Shown here in pieces: positions 9,858 to 20,605 of a stretch of 64,000 nucleotides of DNA. How positions within the stretch are numbered: the first letter of the stretch is position 1; each line of letters opens with the position of its first letter. The DNA lies in contig CAVWLP010000002.1 in the NCBI GenBank assembly GCA_963755915.1, positions 2,176,001 through 2,240,000 on the forward strand. Reading direction: 5' to 3'. This DNA is from an uncultured Phycisphaerales bacterium. Its GTDB lineage: Bacteria; Planctomycetota; Phycisphaerae; Tepidisphaerales; Tepidisphaeraceae. Both the position numbers and the translations under genes were made by a program. The notes under the pieces are model-generated. The model worked only from the letters and a program-made list of their open reading frames with translations. It did no database searches and was not told the DNA's origin.

Positions 9858-12290
9858 CTATCGGGTAATCCCGAACGAAAAGCTCAATACCTGCTCATTA
9901 TCCTGTGGACTGTGAGTGATGGGGATGCCGAAGTCAAGCGCCAGCGGCTGCTTCCCGAAGATCGGCAGAACCAGCCTGAAGCCAAAGCCCACCGCCGTCC
10001 GGATGTCCCCAAACTTCATCGTCGATTCGAAATCCCCCGCATCGAAGAATACAACGCCGCGTAAAAAGTCCTCGATCATCGGGAATTGATACTCAGCCGT
10101 CCCCGACATGTAAAAATCCGCTCCCACCGCGTCCTCGCTGATCCCACCGCGCGGGCTGATGCCCCAATATTCAAACCCGCGGATGCTTCCGATGCCGCCT
10201 CCGTAAAACCGCTCGTAAAACGGCGCCTTGCGGGGGTCGTCGCCCCCTTCGATATGAAAGTCCAGCACCGATTTGCGGTCCAGCAGGTCGTTGGTGACAA
10301 GCTGGTAAGCCGTCGCCGACCACGTATACCTCAGGTAGTTCACCGTCCCGCCCATCGCCCCCGCGTCCGTCAGCGATATCCATGAGTCCAGCCCCTCATA
10401 GGTGATCGGTCCATGATTCGTCGTATCCCGCTCGAACTTGACCGTCGCCGTCGTCAGCGTGTGATGGCCAAGCCCCTCAATGATCTCCGGCGCTCGCGCA
10501 AACTCCGGGAACTCCAGGTTCTTTATATCAACGTCCGCCGCCCCCAGCTCCACCGACGCCGAATAAATATAGTCAAACCGCCGCCCCACCCCGATCGACG
10601 CGCCCAGCCGATCGTCGTTGTACACCGGCCGGATGTGCGTCTGGTAATACCCCGAGGTCGAAAGGCTGTACGGCTGATCCAGAAAGTAGGGCTCGATGAA
10701 CGTCAACTGTGCATCCGTTCCCTGCGTTCCCGGATCAAACCGCGCGATGAACTGCTGCCCCGCCCCCGTAAACGTCCGGTCGCTGAAAACCTCATCGGCA
10801 GCTCGTCGGCAAGTTGGCGATGTCGAAATTCGATTGCTCGTATCCGAGCTGCCCGCCGAACCCTCCGTTACTGTTGACCCCGATCCCCGCGTTGATCTGC
10901 GCCGTCTTCTGCTCCGTAACCTGCACCAGCAGGTCCCGCACCTCCGGGTCGTCTCCCACCGGTGAAATCGTCACCGACTGAAATTCCGGCAGCCCCTTCA
11001 ACCGGTCTTCCGCGTCCTGCACTTCCGCCGAGTCATAAACCTGCCCCGGATACATGTGCATTTCCCGCAGCATCACCTTGTCCTGCGTCTTCTCGTTCCC
11101 CTTGATCAGGATACGCCCGGTGCGGAACTGCTTCCCCTCGCTTATCTCGTACACCAGCCGGACTTTCCCCACGTCTTTCTCATAATACGTCTCCGGCGTG
11201 ATGTGCAGATATTCCAGGTTCGGCTGGATCCGGCTGCTCCTCGTAAATAAACCCTCCCCGTTTGCTGTAAGTCTTCACCATCTCGCGAACATCGTTGTCG
11301 ATAATGTCCTGGTCATAGGCCACCCCCTCCACGTCCTTGATCGACGACCGCAAATCCCCTTCGCTTACCGACACGTTCCCGTCGAACAATACCTGGTCGA
11401 TCGTATATCGCACCCCCTCGTCGATCACGAAGGTGACCTGCATCTCCTTCATGTCCGTCGATCGTGACAGCTTCCTTCCCACCCGCACGTCGAAAAATCC
11501 CTTGCTTCGATAAAACTTGATCAGCGAATTCACGTCATCATCAACCTGGTCCGGGTCGTATTTCCCCGGGATTGAAAATGAAAATGTATATCCCCGTCTT
11601 CATCTGGTCCTTCAGCTTCCAGGCGCTGAAGCTGTTGTTGCCGATGAAGTCGATCTTCCGCACCCGCAGCCGTGGACCCTCCACGATCGTGAAGACCAGC
11701 ACCCCCGTCTCTTGAAGCTGCTCGTAAGACCACTGCACGTGCACATACGGATAATTCTTGTCCCGGTAAAACTTCTCCAGCGACTGCTGCGCCAGGTTGA
11801 TCCGGAACTGGTCGATCGCCTCCCCCACGTGCAGTTCCGTCTGCTGCCCAAGGTCCTTGTTGTTGATGTGAAAATTGCCGACGTATCTGATCTCTTTGAT
11901 CTGCTGCTGCTCCGTCACCAGGAACGTGACGATCACCCCCGTCTCCGTCGCCTGGACGCGCGCCTCCACATCCGCGAATTTTCTCATCTTGTCGTAGATT
12001 CGCTGGTAATCTCCCACCACCGTCTGCGGATCGAATTTGTCCCCCACCCGCGTTCTCACCAGTTGCAGGATCGCCGACGTGCTTACCTGCGTGTTGCCAG
12101 TCACCCGCACTTCTTCAACGGTTCTCCCCGCATATTCCCCCGCCGCCCCGGCCTCCAATGCCGGCCCCACTGTCGCTCGTTCCGTTGTCGCCTGTCCTGT
12201 TGCCGCCTGACCCCACGCGTGCGAAACCGCGGCGATTACTGCCAGCACCAGCCAACACCAAAAGTGTTTTTCAAACGAATTCGATCGCAC
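9858..12290 (-). CDS. bamA: Outer membrane protein assembly factor BamA, split by several frameshifts
   Basis: POTRA-like segments in 11541-12290, 11180-11533 and 10792-11172; barrel with FYGGG..SIRGF and a terminal FSFG in 9858-10706. Confidence 0.88.
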
Positions 12291-12531
12291 GCGCTGCCCG
12301 ATTCCCTTTGGCCTTGCTGCCCGTCAACTTTCCTTTCCCGGCAGTTCAGCGGTCGTCTGAAAACCCCTGTGGCCGCCGCACTTGCAGGGTGCGACCTTAA
12401 TGATTCTTTGGTTTCAAAACAGCCACGCCGCGCAGTGTAGCCGCACCCCAGTCGTTTTCAAAATGAAGCGCCTATGATAACGCGCATTGTCGCGCCAATT
12501 CTCTTGCCCGCCGCGTTTCATCGCCGATATC

Positions 12532-13224
12532 ATGATCGAGCTCATGCGCCTTCTCGTTGTTGAAGACTTCCAACCTCTCCGCGAGTCGCTCGTCCAGGGA
12601 CTGCGCGAAGCCGGCTTCGCCGTCGACGAGGCCGCCGACGGACAGACCGCCCTCTGGCACGCCCGCACCGGTGAGCACGACGTCATCATCCTCGACATCA
12701 TGCTCCCCAAGCTGGACGGCCGCGCCGTCCTTCAGCAGCTCCGCGAGCAGAAGAGCCCATCCATGGTCCTTTTCCTCACCGCCAAAGACACCGCGCAGGA
12801 CCGCGTCGATGGCCTCGAACTCGGCGCCGACGACTACCTCGTCAAACCCTTCGTTTTCGCCGAGCTCCTCGCCCGCGTCAGGGCCATGATCCGCAGAAAA
12901 TACGACACCAAATCCACCGTCGTCCGCATCGCCGATCTCGAAGTCGACACCACCCATCGCATCGTCCGCCGCGCCGGAAAGCCCATCGACCTCAGCGGCC
13001 GCGAATACGCACTGCTCGAATACCTCGTCCACAACGCCGGTCGAATCGTCTCCCGCGCCGACATCTGGCAGCACGTCTACGACTTCAACGCCTCCCCCGA
13101 AAGCAACGTCGTCGACGTCTACATCGGTCTGCTCCGCAAGAAAATCGAACGACCCGATTCCCCTCGCCTTATTCACACCCGACGCGGTCAAGGGTATCTT
13201 CTTGCGGAACTGGAACCGGTATGA
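12532..13224 (+). CDS. OmpR-family response regulator
   Basis: LLVVED, LDIMLP, GADDYLVKPF, HTRRGQGY. Confidence 0.92.
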   Translation: MIELMRLLVVEDFQPLRESLVQGLREAGFAVDEAADGQTALWHARTGEHDVIILDIMLPKLDGRAVLQQLREQKSPSMVLFLTAKDTAQDRVDGLELGADDYLVKPFVFAELLARVRAMIRRKYDTKSTVVRIADLEVDTTHRIVRRAGKPIDLSGREYALLEYLVHNAGRIVSRADIWQHVYDFNASPESNVVDVYIGLLRKKIERPDSPRLIHTRRGQGYLLAELEPV

Positions 13225-14740
13225 TCCGCTCGCTCCGCGCCCGCCTGCTCGTTCAGACTTCCATCGCCGCCACCCTCGTCCTCGGACTGCTTGGCGTCGC
13301 CCTCTATTTCGGCATCCGCTATTCCGTCCGCAACGAATACGACCACGCCCTCCAGTCCGAAGCCGGCGCCCTCGCCTCCACCGCCGAGCAGCACGGCAAC
13401 GACATCGTCTTCGACTTCGCCCCCGACGAGCTCCCCCAGTTCTTCACCAAGCAACACCCCGATTACTACGAAGCCTGGATCGATCCCAACACCATCCTCC
13501 GCTCTCCCTCCCTCGGCGCCGGCGAGCTTCCCCGCCCCTCCACCGGCAGCGCCTATAGCTATCGCAACATCACCCTTCCCGACGGACGCCCCGGACGAAT
13601 GATCGGCATGTCCTTCACCACCACCATCGAGGCAGATGCCGCCCACGATTCCGCCGTCTCCGACCGGCCACACACCGTCCTCCTTGCCCTGGCCCACGGA
13701 ACTCAGGCCATTGACGAATCGACGGGAAACTTCGCCTGGGTCCTCGTCGGCTGGTGCGGACTCGCCGTCGCGCTTTCCGGGATCCTCCTCTACTGGATCG
13801 TCGGCCGCGCCGTCCGACCCGTCGAACGCATCGCCCGCGAAATCGACCAGCTCCGCGAGCAAGACCTCTCCGTTCGCCTCCAGGCCCCCGATGCCCCCAC
13901 CGAGCTCCAGCCGGTCGTCGATAAGCTCAACGGCCTGCTTTCCCGCCTCGACGCCGCCTTCTCCCGCGAGCGCGCCTTCACGTCCGACGTCGCCCACGAG
14001 CTGCGCACGCCCCTCGCGGCCCTGCTCACCACCTTCGAGGTCTGCCGCTCGCGCCGCGCGAAGAGGCCGACTATGTCTCCGCCATCGACAAATGCAGACA
14101 GGTCGCCCGCCGAATGCAGGAGATGGTCGAAACCCTCCTCGTCCTCACCCGCGCCGATGCCGGCCAGCTTTCCCTCAAGACTCAAAAAATCGACGCCGCC
14201 GATCTCCTCGACGACTCCTGGGCCTTCTTCACTCCCCGCGCCGAGCAGCGCAATCTCAATGTCCAATGGCAGGTCGCCGGCCCCATCTTCATCGAATCCG
14301 ACCCCGAAAAACTCCTCATCATTTTCCAGAATATCTTCGACAACGCCGTCTCCTACGCCAACGACTCCGGCTCCCTCCGCGTCTCCGCCAACGTCAACCC
14401 ACAGCGCCTTCTCATTGAGGTCGCCAACACCGGCAGCCGCATAACCCCCGACGAAAAACAAGACCTCTTCCGCCGATTCTGGCGCGGCGACCAGGCCCGC
14501 ACCGACACCGGCCTCCACTGCGGCCTCGGCCTCTCCCTTTGCCAGCGCCTCGCCCGCTTCCTGCACGGCCAGATCGATATTCAGCTTCAGGACCCCGACT
14601 GGTTCGTCGTCCGACTTACCCTGCCGGCAATCGCCCAAGCTCCGGCAATTCCTATTTCCCCGCCTACTTCCTCGCCGCCGACCCCACCGGCATCGCCTCC
14701 CCAGCCTCCAGCCCCGCAGACCCAGTCCTCGGTAGCGTAG
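13221..14740 (+). CDS. Sensor histidine kinase, frameshift near 14060
   Basis: TM-HAMP-HisKA (AHELRTPL) in 13221-14060; HATPase (DNAVSY, GLGLS) in the 14114-14740 frame. Confidence 0.85.
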
Positions 14741-16718
14741 CCATCCCCAAAACTTCGCTCGCATACGCCCGCAGCAGTTCCGCCGCGCCCAGCGCCGAGG
14801 CCGGCGCCCCGCGACCATCCTTCGGCGAGCTTCCGTCAAATATCTCGCAAATCTGCCCCATCCCGTCCCCCGCCATGTAATTCAGACACGGCTGAATCCA
14901 TCCCGAAACCGTCCCAATCGTCTCCTCGCCGCGCCCATGCACTTTCAGATACGCGCTCGCCAGAGGCGCCAGCAGCCACGGATAAACCGACCCCTGATGC
15001 ATCGCCTTGTCCCTGGACACAACATTCCCCTCGTATTTCCCCGTAAACGCCGCATCGCTCCGCGCCAAACTCCGCACCCCCATCGGCGTGAGCAGCTCCT
15101 CCACCACTTTCCGAATCACCGCCTTATGTCTCTCCGGCGCCAAAACCGCGTGCGATAAACTCACCGCGAAAATCTGGTTCGGACGAATCGACCCATCCGC
15201 GTTTTTCCCATCCAGCACGTCAAAGCAGCATTCCGCCTGCGCGTTCCAGAACCGCTCGTTGAACGATCCAAACACCCGCTTCGCCATCTCCTCCCACTTG
15301 AGGCTCAGCGCCGTTTTCCCCAATTTCGCCGCCAGCCGTGCGCCGGTAAACAGCGCGTTGTACCAAAGCGCGTTCAATTCCACCGTCTGCCCCGCCCGCG
15401 GCGTCATCACCCAATCCCCCACCTGCGCGTCCATCCACGACTTCGCCTCGCCCGCTTTCTTCGTCCCAATCAATCCGCTGCCGTCGCAATAAACGTCTCC
15501 GTCCGCCTGCTGATACGTCCCGATGATTTTCTCCACCGCCGCGAACAGCGCCGCCGCCGTCTTCTCGTCCCCGCTCCTCCGGCAATATTCCCCAACCGCA
15601 TCGACAAACCAAAGCGACGTATCCGCCCCGCTAAACGTCGGCTCACCTGTCTCCGCCAATTCCGTCGGCACCATCCCCCCGCGCATCTGCGCCGCCAGCC
15701 CAAACAGCAGCGCCTTTCCCTCCGCCATCCTGCCCGGAACCATGAACATCCCGCGAAATCCGATCAGCGACGCCCGACCGCTGCACGACGACCACGGATA
15801 CTGCTTGATCACGTGTACGGCTCTCTCCCCCTCGCTCTGCCCCGGCAGCGTCACCACGAACGATCCCGCCGCGCGCGACAGCATCTCCAGCGTATCGTTC
15901 GGCTCCGACGCCAGAATCGCCGTCATCCGGTCAAACTCATCCCGCGCCCGCTCCAGCTCGCCGCAAACCCGCTTCAAGTCCGCCGGCTCAGTCGAGAAAA
16001 CCAAATGCACCGTCTTCCCGGGCGAAAGCGTCCATCGGAAAGTCCCCGGCTTCCACAAATCCTCCAGCCCGCTGTAGCCACGCTCGTTCTCACGCCGGTA
16101 AATCGCGTTCAAATGCCAGTGCGGCTCCGTCCGGAACTCCCCATCATGCACGAAGAAAACCTCCGGCGTCCGCGTCGTCGCCGCGATCCTCACCGTGCCA
16201 TTCTTCACCTCGGTCGCCCACCGGCTGTTCCACTGGTACATCAATTCATGAATCCCCCGCAGCGCCAGCAGGGGCCTGATCTCCAGCGACACCTCCTTCT
16301 CCCCCGTCAAAAGCGAGTAAGACAGGCACGCCGTATTCTCCCCGCGCAAAAGCCGCAATGACTTCTCGATCGTAAATCCATCCCCCTGGTACGCCCACCG
16401 CGGAAACGGCTCGACGTTAAACGCCCGCAGGTGGTTGAACCCGTGCGGATAGATCGTCCCCGGATACTCATTGTTGCCAAGAAAAAATTCCCCCGCCGAG
16501 GTCCGGACCGTCTCTTCAACGTGCGAAAGCAAAACCATCCGCCGCGCCGGCGGCGACATCGCCGCCACCAGCAGCCCGTGATACTTCCGCGTGTTCAATC
16601 CGCAAAGCGTCGAGCTGGCATATCCCCCCAGCCCATTGGCGGCAATCCATTCACGCCCGATCAACGCTTCAAAATCCATCTCCGAAATGTTCACCGGCCG
16701 CATGACACGGTCCTCCAT
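14664..16718 (-). CDS. Glycogen debranching enzyme-like amylo-alpha-1,6-glucosidase
   Basis: EWIAANGLGGYAS, TRKYHGLL, SWMDA, ELNALWYN, IRPNQIFA. Confidence 0.88.
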   Translation of the reverse strand: MEDRVMRPVNISEMDFEALIGREWIAANGLGGYASSTLCGLNTRKYHGLLVAAMSPPARRMVLLSHVEETVRTSAGEFFLGNNEYPGTIYPHGFNHLRAFNVEPFPRWAYQGDGFTIEKSLRLLRGENTACLSYSLLTGEKEVSLEIRPLLALRGIHELMYQWNSRWATEVKNGTVRIAATTRTPEVFFVHDGEFRTEPHWHLNAIYRRENERGYSGLEDLWKPGTFRWTLSPGKTVHLVFSTEPADLKRVCGELERARDEFDRMTAILASEPNDTLEMLSRAAGSFVVTLPGQSEGERAVHVIKQYPWSSCSGRASLIGFRGMFMVPGRMAEGKALLFGLAAQMRGGMVPTELAETGEPTFSGADTSLWFVDAVGEYCRRSGDEKTAAALFAAVEKIIGTYQQADGDVYCDGSGLIGTKKAGEAKSWMDAQVGDWVMTPRAGQTVELNALWYNALFTGARLAAKLGKTALSLKWEEMAKRVFGSFNERFWNAQAECCFDVLDGKNADGSIRPNQIFAVSLSHAVLAPERHKAVIRKVVEELLTPMGVRSLARSDAAFTGKYEGNVVSRDKAMHQGSVYPWLLAPLASAYLKVHGRGEETIGTVSGWIQPCLNYMAGDGMGQICEIFDGSSPKDGRGAPASALGAAELLRAYASEVLGMATLPRTGSAGLEAGEAMPVGSAARK

Positions 16719-16789
16719 GATTCCCCGAAACTTGAAAACCCATTATCCCAACGCTCCGTTCCGGTGGCAACAAGCTAATTTCTATGCAT

Positions 16790-17206
16790 CTAAGGATTTC
16801 CGGCCAACCAATTCTCCGTTTGAACTTCCTTCAGCGCCGAAAAGTCCTGATCGGAAGTCACCAGGCTCAGATTCATCTGCCGGCACAATGCGGCCAGAAT
16901 CATGTCTACTTGTGACAGCACGCGTCCTCGCTGCTTCAGGTCGTGATGGATAGCGCCGTAATACTGTGCCGTTACGCGGTCAATTGGCCAGATTCGAACC
17001 TGCCGCAGTAGGCGCTCCAAGTTCAAACGATAGGCCTCGGGGTGGCTAACCTGCTGGATTCCCGCCTCAATCTCACACAGGACTGGAACGCACGTCCCGA
17101 TCTTGTTTCCACTGGGACGGAGCTCCGCGATTCTCTTCCGAACCATCGAACCCGGCGTCACCGCGTGACCCACGTGATTCGTGTCGAGCAGATAGCCCGA
17201 CGTCAC
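16790..17206 (-). CDS. VapC PIN-domain toxin
   Basis: YLLDTN, DMILAA, LVTSDQDF; GTGA overlap with the upstream gene. Confidence 0.85.
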   Translation of the reverse strand: MTSGYLLDTNHVGHAVTPGSMVRKRIAELRPSGNKIGTCVPVLCEIEAGIQQVSHPEAYRLNLERLLRQVRIWPIDRVTAQYYGAIHHDLKQRGRVLSQVDMILAALCRQMNLSLVTSDQDFSALKEVQTENWLAGNP

Positions 17207-17463
17207 GGCAGCCCCCACTCGCGGCGTACCACGTTCTTGCTCTCGCGTTCGATCTCTTCCAGTGCTTTGCGAAACCGTTCGTGCTCGCCCGCCGGTACTC
17301 GCGCCACGGCCTCGTCCAGTTCCGTCGCCCACTGATCGATCTTCGCGCCGCTGGCGCTGCCATCAGGCTGTTCGATGATCAATTCCTGTCCCTCCCGCCA
17401 TTCGGACGGGAGCGGTTCGATCGGCTCGATGCGACCATTCTGAATAACCGCCTTTATTGTCAT
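17203..17463 (-). CDS. Putative antitoxin
   Basis: 86 aa, TIKAVIQNGRIEPIEPLP start, translationally coupled to vapC. Confidence 0.7.
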   Translation of the reverse strand: MTIKAVIQNGRIEPIEPLPSEWREGQELIIEQPDGSASGAKIDQWATELDEAVARVPAGEHERFRKALEEIERESKNVVRREWGLP

Positions 17464-17562
17464 GCGTTCGCCTCGCCCAAATTATACAATCCGTCCCGGC
17501 AACTACCTATCTTCCTCAACCCGCCCCTACGAAATACCGAATAAAACACTAAGGGAACCCCT

Positions 17563-18342
17563 GTGCTCATCCAGTTCCAGAACACGCAGGAAGACTTCAA
17601 GGAGCTTGGCGACGCCATCACGGCCGCCCGCCGCCCCGTCAATTCGCCCATGCAGATCGTCATCCTCGTCGCCGTTTTCGGGGTTTACTACTTCGTCACA
17701 CGTTATCTATGGATTAAAGCGGGAGACCTGGACGGCCAGAATGCCTGGATCAACATGTGGATCGCCATCGTCGCCTTCGGCTTCACCTGGCTCGGCATCT
17801 CCCTCCCCTCCAGCTTCCGGGCCCGCCGATTCCCATGGCTTACCGGCCGCCAGGTCGTCTCCCTCTCCACCTTCCTGGGCCTCATCGGCGCCCTCCTCTT
17901 CGAGCACTGGCTCAACCACAAGTTCAACCCCAAGGCCCACGCCGACACCCTCACCTGGCAAGTCCTCCTCCCCCACAGCATCTGGCTCACGATCATGTTC
18001 TATGTGGCCTGCATCGGCGCCTACAACCACAGCAAGTCTCTGCCACGCCATTGGCAAAACCGCCCCGACCTCCATCGCCATCAGTCGGTCGATATCTCAG
18101 CCCAAGGCGTAGTCTTCTCTGACACTGAGACCCGGCGGGAATATCACTGGCCCGCCTTTGTAAAGGGAGAGGAGACACGGCACCTGTTTCTGCTCTTTAC
18201 CAGCGAGCACATCGGGCTGATGCTGCCCAAGAGGGCCTTTGACTCCGATGAGCAGATGGAGGCGATGCGGAATTTGATGAAGCTGATTCCCAAATCCGAA
18301 ACCCGCGGGTTCGCGGTCCTCCCGGCGGCCAAAGCCGCCTAA
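17563..18342 (+). CDS. YcxB-like membrane protein
   Basis: Four hydrophobic segments, then W....ET...FLLF....LMLPKRAF. Confidence 0.7.
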   Translation: MLIQFQNTQEDFKELGDAITAARRPVNSPMQIVILVAVFGVYYFVTRYLWIKAGDLDGQNAWINMWIAIVAFGFTWLGISLPSSFRARRFPWLTGRQVVSLSTFLGLIGALLFEHWLNHKFNPKAHADTLTWQVLLPHSIWLTIMFYVACIGAYNHSKSLPRHWQNRPDLHRHQSVDISAQGVVFSDTETRREYHWPAFVKGEETRHLFLLFTSEHIGLMLPKRAFDSDEQMEAMRNLMKLIPKSETRGFAVLPAAKAA

Positions 18343-18642
18343 GAATTTCGAACCCGCCCAGAACCCCCAGTAACCTTTCCCAACAAGCCTGAGCCGGGCC
18401 GTCCCCGGCCCGATCTTCCGCCTTTCCGCGTCCACACCAAATGCTATCGCTTTCTCTTTCTTCTATGGCAACATTGTCTCTTCTTGCGCTCTTGGCGACT
18501 TAGCGGTTAAAAATCTTTCTAACCGCCAAGAAACTATGAAGCCGAGCCTTTCTCGGGACGTGAACGGGGTCAAAATGCCCCAAGTATGAACGAGCGTACC
18601 GCGTAGGTCGCTCAAACGTCTTTTTTGAGAAAGGACTCGGCA

Positions 18643-19686
18643 ATGCGAATTCTCGCTTTGGACCTGGGAAAGAACAAGAGCGTTTTTGTGGATTATGTCA
18701 CCGGCGGTGGAGAAAGAACGTTCGGCAAGATCGGCACCAATGCCCACGAGGTGCAAAAACTACTCGAGCGGGTGCGTCCGGATCGACTGGTCATCGAGGC
18801 CGGTCCGGCGGCAGGATGGGTTTGTGATCTGGCGGAGCGGAACAATGTTCCCGTCCAGGTGGCCAATGGCAACGATGAACGCTGGCGCTGGAAGACGGTG
18901 AAGGAGAAGAGTGATCGTAAAGACGCGCTGAAGATGGCGGCGATGTCGGAGATGGATTCGCTGCCGACGGTGCACGTGCCCAAGGCATCGGTTCGGCAGT
19001 GGCGTTCATTGATTGAATACAGACACGGCCTGGTGGATCGCCGCACGGTGCTCAAGAACTCGATCCGATCAATCTACGAGCGGCAGGGTTTGTATTTGCC
19101 CTCGGCGACCAAGGCGTGGACGAAAGCGCGACTGGAGGAAATGAGGAAGGAAGCAGCGGCCGCATCGGCGGAAGATCTGTGGCTGTTTCAGATCGGTTGT
19201 GAGGTGGCGCAACTGGAGCACCTGGAGAAGCAGATCGAAACTGTCGAAAGCAAGCTTCAGGAGTTGGGCCAGGCCAACAAAGCGGTGAAACGATTGCAGG
19301 AGGTGCCCGGCGTTGGTCCGCGGCTGAGCGAGGCGGTGGCGGTGATCATTGATGATCCCAGGCGATTCAAGAATGCACGTCAGGTGGGATGTTACGTGGG
19401 TCTGACGCCGCGGCGCTGGCAGAGCGGCGACAGCGATCGCCAGGGGCGGATCAGCAAGGCAGGCAACGCGCTGCTGCGGGAGTTGCTGGTGGAGGTGGCG
19501 TGGCTGGGGGTTCATCGCAATACGTGGATGAAGGACGTGTACGAGAGGGTTCTACGTGACAGCGAGAAGCGCAAGAAGATCGCGATTGTTGCGGTAGCCA
19601 GGAGATTACTGGTGAAGCTGTGGGCGATGCTGCGGGACGGAACCCGATGGAGAGAACCCCAGCGATCGCTGACGGCGGCCACTTGA
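18643..19686 (+). CDS. IS110-family transposase/recombinase
   Basis: ILALDLGK..IEA..KSDRKDA (DEDD RuvC-like); VPGVG, YVGLTP...QSG...GRISKAGN, AIVAVARRL. Confidence 0.95.
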   Translation: MRILALDLGKNKSVFVDYVTGGGERTFGKIGTNAHEVQKLLERVRPDRLVIEAGPAAGWVCDLAERNNVPVQVANGNDERWRWKTVKEKSDRKDALKMAAMSEMDSLPTVHVPKASVRQWRSLIEYRHGLVDRRTVLKNSIRSIYERQGLYLPSATKAWTKARLEEMRKEAAAASAEDLWLFQIGCEVAQLEHLEKQIETVESKLQELGQANKAVKRLQEVPGVGPRLSEAVAVIIDDPRRFKNARQVGCYVGLTPRRWQSGDSDRQGRISKAGNALLRELLVEVAWLGVHRNTWMKDVYERVLRDSEKRKKIAIVAVARRLLVKLWAMLRDGTRWREPQRSLTAAT

Positions 19687-19689
19687 AAA

Positions 19690-19995
19690 TCGAAAAGGCG
19701 ATGACTGTCCCGACAAGTCGGTACAGGCGATGGAGTATCTCCCCTCCGGAAGACACCGTGTCAGAAAGCCGTTGTCTTCTGTGCAGGGGATTGAGTAGAG
19801 TTGAAGTGAAGTGGAATTGACGCGTTCGTGCAGGTTGAATGAGCAAGGCCAGACCCCGGTTGGCGTCTTAAGCTTCAAAGCTTGCCGCTAAGAATAGGGC
19901 TGGCCATTTGTACAGTTGAATAGGCCCGCCGCCAGGCGAGAGCACTGAATAGAAGGCTCACCCAATCGACCGCATGAGCGATCAACGCCCCTTGA
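19690..19995 (+). ncRNA. Candidate bridge/seek RNA of the IS
   Basis: Stem-loop at 19847-19905 presents two segments matching the insertion-site flanks; boundaries approximate. Confidence 0.7.
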
Positions 19996-20139
19996 CAAGG
20001 CTCGGCTCATAGAAGACGCCAAGAGCGCCAAGAAAGACAAAGAAAACGCCCCGCTTCGGGGCGTGGCTATCAATCGAGCCGACCGGCTGTTTCTGATCCG
20101 GCCCCTCTCGGCAGAAATGCCTGATTCAGTCGGCGGCCA

Positions 20140-20349
20140 TTAATTCGCCCGCACCGCCTCAAATCCATCGCACCCGCTCGCGGGGGTCACCTTGAGATGC
20201 AGCGAGGCGTGCCTGGGATGCGCACAATCATCGACAAACGTCTCCGGCGCCTTACGACTCGTGCGAATCTCGACCAGCTTGGAATCCTTCGAATGCTCTT
20301 CGCCAAAATGAGTGCACAGCCCGCATTGTCCGCTATGAAGTTGCAACAT
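20140..20349 (-). CDS. Small Cys/His-rich hypothetical protein (69 aa)
   Basis: AAGGAG RBS; CGLCTHF...C.HP.H......GCDGF. Confidence 0.65.
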   Translation of the reverse strand: MLQLHSGQCGLCTHFGEEHSKDSKLVEIRTSRKAPETFVDDCAHPRHASLHLKVTPASGCDGFEAVRAN

Positions 20350-20605
20350 GATTAGCTCCTTGAAAATGCCATCTAGTCCAGTCGAATTATCGAATCCGAA
20401 CCGCCCAAAGTCCACGCGAAAACCGCCGCATTGCAAAGTGAGAATGAGTCGCAATCTGCCTGTAAAGCCGGTATTCACGAGTCGACTGAACTCGTCAAAG
20501 TCCGCCCGCTTCGCTTGAGGACGCGGAGAGCCGTTCGAGAGCGCTCACGGGGAGCAAGCTCGCCGGCTACACGCTGGTGCGCAGATGGGTCAGGATTTTG
20601 TTTTT

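Larger units (their letters stand above)
18528..20016 (+). mobile_element. IS110-family (IS1111-type) insertion sequence
   Basis: Sub-terminal inverted repeats CTATGAAGCCGAGCCTT (18534-18550) and AAGGCTCGGCTCATAG (19997-20012); AAGA at both junctions; long non-coding region downstream of the transposase. Confidence 0.85.
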
